Source of the DNA: a virus
Taxonomy: Duplodnaviria > Caudoviricetes
Strand: one strand, 5' to 3'
Length of the DNA: 33,982 nt
IMG/VR virus record: IMGVR_UViG_3300023218_000192
Coordinates: 1-33,982 of that record
The notes beneath the pieces are model-generated. The model made no database searches, was not told the origin of the DNA, and saw only the letters and a list, made by a program, of their open reading frames with translations. Position numbers and translations under genes: made by a program. Below, one piece after another: positions 32,611 through 33,982 of this stretch (position 1 is the first letter of the stretch; every line of letters starts with the position of its first letter).

Positions 32611-33982
32611 GTGCCCCGACGCCCCAAGCCATCCCCTCCGCCCGCCGGCGAGCGGCCGACCCCGGCCGCGAAGCACCCCTTCGTCAGCCTCTGGTCCGCG
32701 CCGTCGAAGCGGCACGGCTGGCTCTGGCGGCTCGACTACCGCGTCGCCGGCAAGAAGGTCCGCGAGCGGCTCGGCCCGTCCCAGCCGCTGGCCGAGAAGC
32801 GCGCCGCGAAGGTGAGCGAGCAGCTCGGGCGGATCAAGTCGGGCGACGCGACCCCGACGGAGGCGCTGGCCCGCATCAGCGAGCAGCAGACGCTCAAGGC
32901 CGCGATCGACGACTACGTCCGCCACCTGAAGACGACCGCCTCGGCGGAGTACGTCGACACCGTCGGGCCCCGGCTCCGCAAGCTCTACGAGGCCGGGCAC
33001 GCCCGCCGCATTGGCGACCTGAAGCCCGCGGCCGTCGAGCGGCTCGTCGCCGCCCTCCGTTCGGCCAAGCCGCCCGTCGGCGAGACGACCATCGGCTACT
33101 ACCGCCGGCAGATTCACACGTTCGCCCGGTGGCTCAAGGACCACGGCCGGCTCGGCGCCGACCCGTTCGACGGCTACCGGCCAACGCGCAAGGCGGCCAC
33201 CGTCGACGCCCGCCGCGCGTTCACCGCCGAAGAGGTCGCCGCGCTAGAGCGGGCGTGCTTCGCCGAGCCCGCCGACAACTGGCACCGGCCCTTCAAGATG
33301 ACCGGCCCTCGGCGGTGGCTCTTCTACCGGTTCCTGGCGATGACGGGCCTGCGCGTGAAGGAGGCCCGGCGGTGCGAGGTTTCCTGGCTCCGCCGGGGCG
33401 ACCGCCCGCACCTGGCACTGCCGGCGGCGGCCACGAAGGCGAGGCGGACGGCCCGGCAGCCGGTGCCGGCCGGCCTGCTCGAGGAGCTCGTCGCCGGGGC
33501 CGACCCGTCGACCGGCCGCCTCTTTGCCGACCTCCCCGCCAAGCCGATCGTCGCCTTCGAGCACGATCGCAAGGCGGCGGGCATCGAGAAGCGGACGGCC
33601 GAGGGCAAGGTCGACCTGCACGCGCTCCGCCACACGTTCGTGACGAACGTCCTCCGCGGCGGGGCGAACCTCAAGGTGGCCCAGATGCTCGCCCGCCACG
33701 CGTCGCCGCAGATGACGCTCGGCGTCTACGCCCACGCCACCGACGAGGAGGCCTGGCACGCCGCCCAGGCCGCCCACGGCGAGCCCGAAAAGGCGCAGTC
33801 AAAGGCGCAGTCACGTTCGCACACTGTTATGAACAACGACGGACACAAAGGGCCGCCGGACGCGGGGTGCACATCGGCCGGCGGCGCTGGGATCGGCCCT
33901 GACGGCTCACAGGGGCCGATCGGCGAGAGCGGGTACCGGGAATCGAACCCGGATCGTCGGCTTGGGAAGCCGGTGCTTTACC
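32611..33982 (+). CDS. int: Tyrosine integrase; the frame runs through the att core and has no stop in the window (absent from the ORF track)
   Basis: Manual translation from GTG 32611 gives catalytic R (TGLR), K (ATK), HxxR (HALRH), H (ARHA) and Y (GVYAH). Confidence 0.93.
   Translation, partial: MPRRPKPSPPPAGERPTPAAKHPFVSLWSAPSKRHGWLWRLDYRVAGKKVRERLGPSQPLAEKRAAKVSEQLGRIKSGDATPTEALARISEQQTLKAAIDDYVRHLKTTASAEYVDTVGPRLRKLYEAGHARRIGDLKPAAVERLVAALRSAKPPVGETTIGYYRRQIHTFARWLKDHGRLGADPFDGYRPTRKAATVDARRAFTAEEVAALERACFAEPADNWHRPFKMTGPRRWLFYRFLAMTGLRVKEARRCEVSWLRRGDRPHLALPAAATKARRTARQPVPAGLLEELVAGADPSTGRLFADLPAKPIVAFEHDRKAAGIEKRTAEGKVDLHALRHTFVTNVLRGGANLKVAQMLARHASPQMTLGVYAHATDEEAWHAAQAAHGEPEKAQSKAQSRSHTVMNNDGHKGPPDAGCTSAGGAGIGPDGSQGPIGESGYRESNPDRRLGKPVLY
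33789..33813 (+). promoter_or_regulatory. Putative integrase arm-type binding sites, right arm
   Basis: AAAGGCGCAGTC x2 in tandem. The 17-mer AGTCAAAGGCGCAGTCA is shared with 648-664. Confidence 0.7.
33928..33982 (-). tRNA. tRNA-Gly(CCC), reconstituted with a phage-supplied 3' half; the 5' end lies beyond the window
   Basis: Reverse complement GGTAAAGCA-CCGGC-TTCCCAA-GCCGA-CGAT-CCGGG-TTCGATT-CCCGG-TACCCGC-T. No encoded CCA. Confidence 0.9.
33953..33972. repeat. att core, right copy (20 bp)
   Basis: Identical to 565-584. Confidence 0.92.

Larger units (their letters stand above)
565..33972. mobile_element. Complete temperate siphovirus-like prophage (HK97-type head, long non-contractile tail) integrated in tRNA-Gly(CCC)
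   Basis: Identical 20-bp repeat ATCGTCGGCTTGGGAAGCCG at both ends. Integrase, xis, cI, replication, packaging, head and tail modules are all present with intact frames. Confidence 0.95.

Noticed and set aside
33129-33902. 257-aa + strand ORF in the ORF track near the right end
   Set aside because: It is an Arg/Pro-rich off-frame translation. The real integrase is in another frame starting at 32611.

Overview
The window is almost entirely one apparently complete temperate prophage (about 33.4 kb between 20-bp att cores at 565-584 and 33953-33972). It is integrated in a minus-strand tRNA-Gly(CCC) gene of a high-GC bacterium; the host phylum cannot be proven from this window. The left flank is the 3' end of a host amidohydrolase gene plus a terminator. 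Gene order on +: C5 DNA methyltransferase, replication initiator with iterons, DnaC-like loader, a 127-aa sigma-region-2-only protein, membrane/secreted genes at the lysis position, HNH, terminases, HK97-type portal, protease-capsid fusion, siphovirus neck and tail genes with a lambda-type G/GT frameshift, morons including P63C, a cI/cro switch, an early operon with Rmf-like and CsrA-like genes, excisionase and tyrosine integrase. The strongest unexplained signal is the box CTACCTA(GCGGCG), found 12 times, only on + and only in the late region. In 11 cases it sits 5-7 nt before an ATG/GTG that has no Shine-Dalgarno, and the first copy overlaps the stop codon of the sigma-2-only gene. I infer a gp55-like minimal late sigma driving leaderless late mRNAs, possibly paired with phage inhibitors of SD-dependent translation. 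Also, attP lies inside the integrase ORF, so excision would give Int a new C-terminus and reconnect the early operon to the replication and sigma genes. All product calls come from motif recognition by eye; no searches were run.
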